Source: Laetmonice hystrix (Eukaryota). Taken from it: 64,000 nt of DNA. Made by a program: the position numbers and the translations under genes. Shown here piece after piece: positions 63,243 through 64,000 of this stretch. The notes under the pieces were generated by a model, which had not been told where the DNA came from, did no database searches, and saw only the letters and a list, made by a program, of their open reading frames with translations. The stretch covers positions 15,004,001 through 15,068,000 of the forward strand of contig OZ249447.1 in assembly GCA_965235115.1 (NCBI GenBank). The letters are read 5' to 3'. Position 1 is the stretch's first letter. Each line of letters starts with the position of its first letter.

Positions 63243-64000
63243 CATAGAACTGTACTGGAGGGAAGGCCAACTCTCTTTCGTGCCCCAATTATCGCTCAAA
63301 TATGTAGGGTCGTTCGCAGCGCCCCCATGTGGTTATGAGACCGGTGCTTGGGTGCAACGCTCGGCATAGCACGGCGACATTAGGCCTAGACTCTCTTGGA
63401 TTTAAACATCAACTGGATTATGGATAAAGTGTATAGGCAGTGGAGCAGAATGTAGCAAAGGCTTGGAAAAAATCTAGGTGTCCTAGCAAACTCTTAGATA
63501 TTTTAAAATCAATTACCTAGAATTAAAATCGAGAGACCCAATCAGCGACGTCAGGAACAATGCACAATAGCGCTACGTCACAATGGTCATTTGGAATGTG
63601 ATCATAACGGGCCTAAATATTAATGGCGGACGGTGCTTCGCTTCGCCAGTTCAAACGTCTCTAACTGCTAAAATACACAAGGAAGAACGTTGAAACGTGA
63701 CATAAGGGGATAAAATATTGAACCAAACAATGTCACTGACTTAGAATTGTTTAGCAAGGTCCCCCCTTTCTTAATTCAAGCACTGTCATCGCCGGAGATC
63801 GGTGAAGTTTGTGACGTTACAATTTCGTACCCTCGTAATCTGACAGTTTTTTTGGGGTAAATTTTGAAAAGATTAAGTAACAGATGTGAATGCCATATAC
63901 ATTTATAGATCGAGGATTACTCTAAAATCCGGCCTGGATAGATTCTAAAATTATTGTTGTGATTTAGTATTTCTAATGGGCCGTTCTTATTGGGGGTTGA
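63243..64000. mobile_element. Unidentified sequence interrupting the start of a sixth type-B promoter (probable insertion; right end outside the window)
   Basis: The unit sequence runs 63155-63243 (...GAGAGGTGTTACC) and then switches abruptly to unrelated sequence (ATAGAACTGTACTGG...). Confidence 0.45.

Overview
Animal genomic DNA with spliceosomal introns and abundant MITEs, probably from a lophotrochozoan invertebrate such as a mollusc (inferred from the gene repertoire, not proven). The left 38 kb holds three multi-exon genes: the 5' five exons of an ELAPOR/KIAA1324-family gene (minus strand), a complete CFAP276/C1orf194 orthologue head-to-head with it (plus), and the 3' 24 exons of a large coiled-coil gene resembling CCDC162 (minus). 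The right 26 kb is a cluster of at least seven divergent PBX-like TALE homeobox genes, apparently inside one intron of the CCDC162-like gene. Two one-intron type-A copies form an inverted pair around a LINE fragment. Five intronless type-B copies repeat in tandem about every 2.5 kb, and a sixth unit begins at the window edge. Each copy has a TATA promoter preceded by repeated T-box-like (AGGTGTNA) and TCF-like (TTTGAAGT) motifs, and two Pumilio-type elements next to its polyA signal. One B copy is destroyed by a nonsense mutation and by a 6.3-kb DIRS-type retrotransposon inserted in the homeobox. All coordinates, splice models and motif counts were read by eye, and family names come from remembered sequences rather than a database search.
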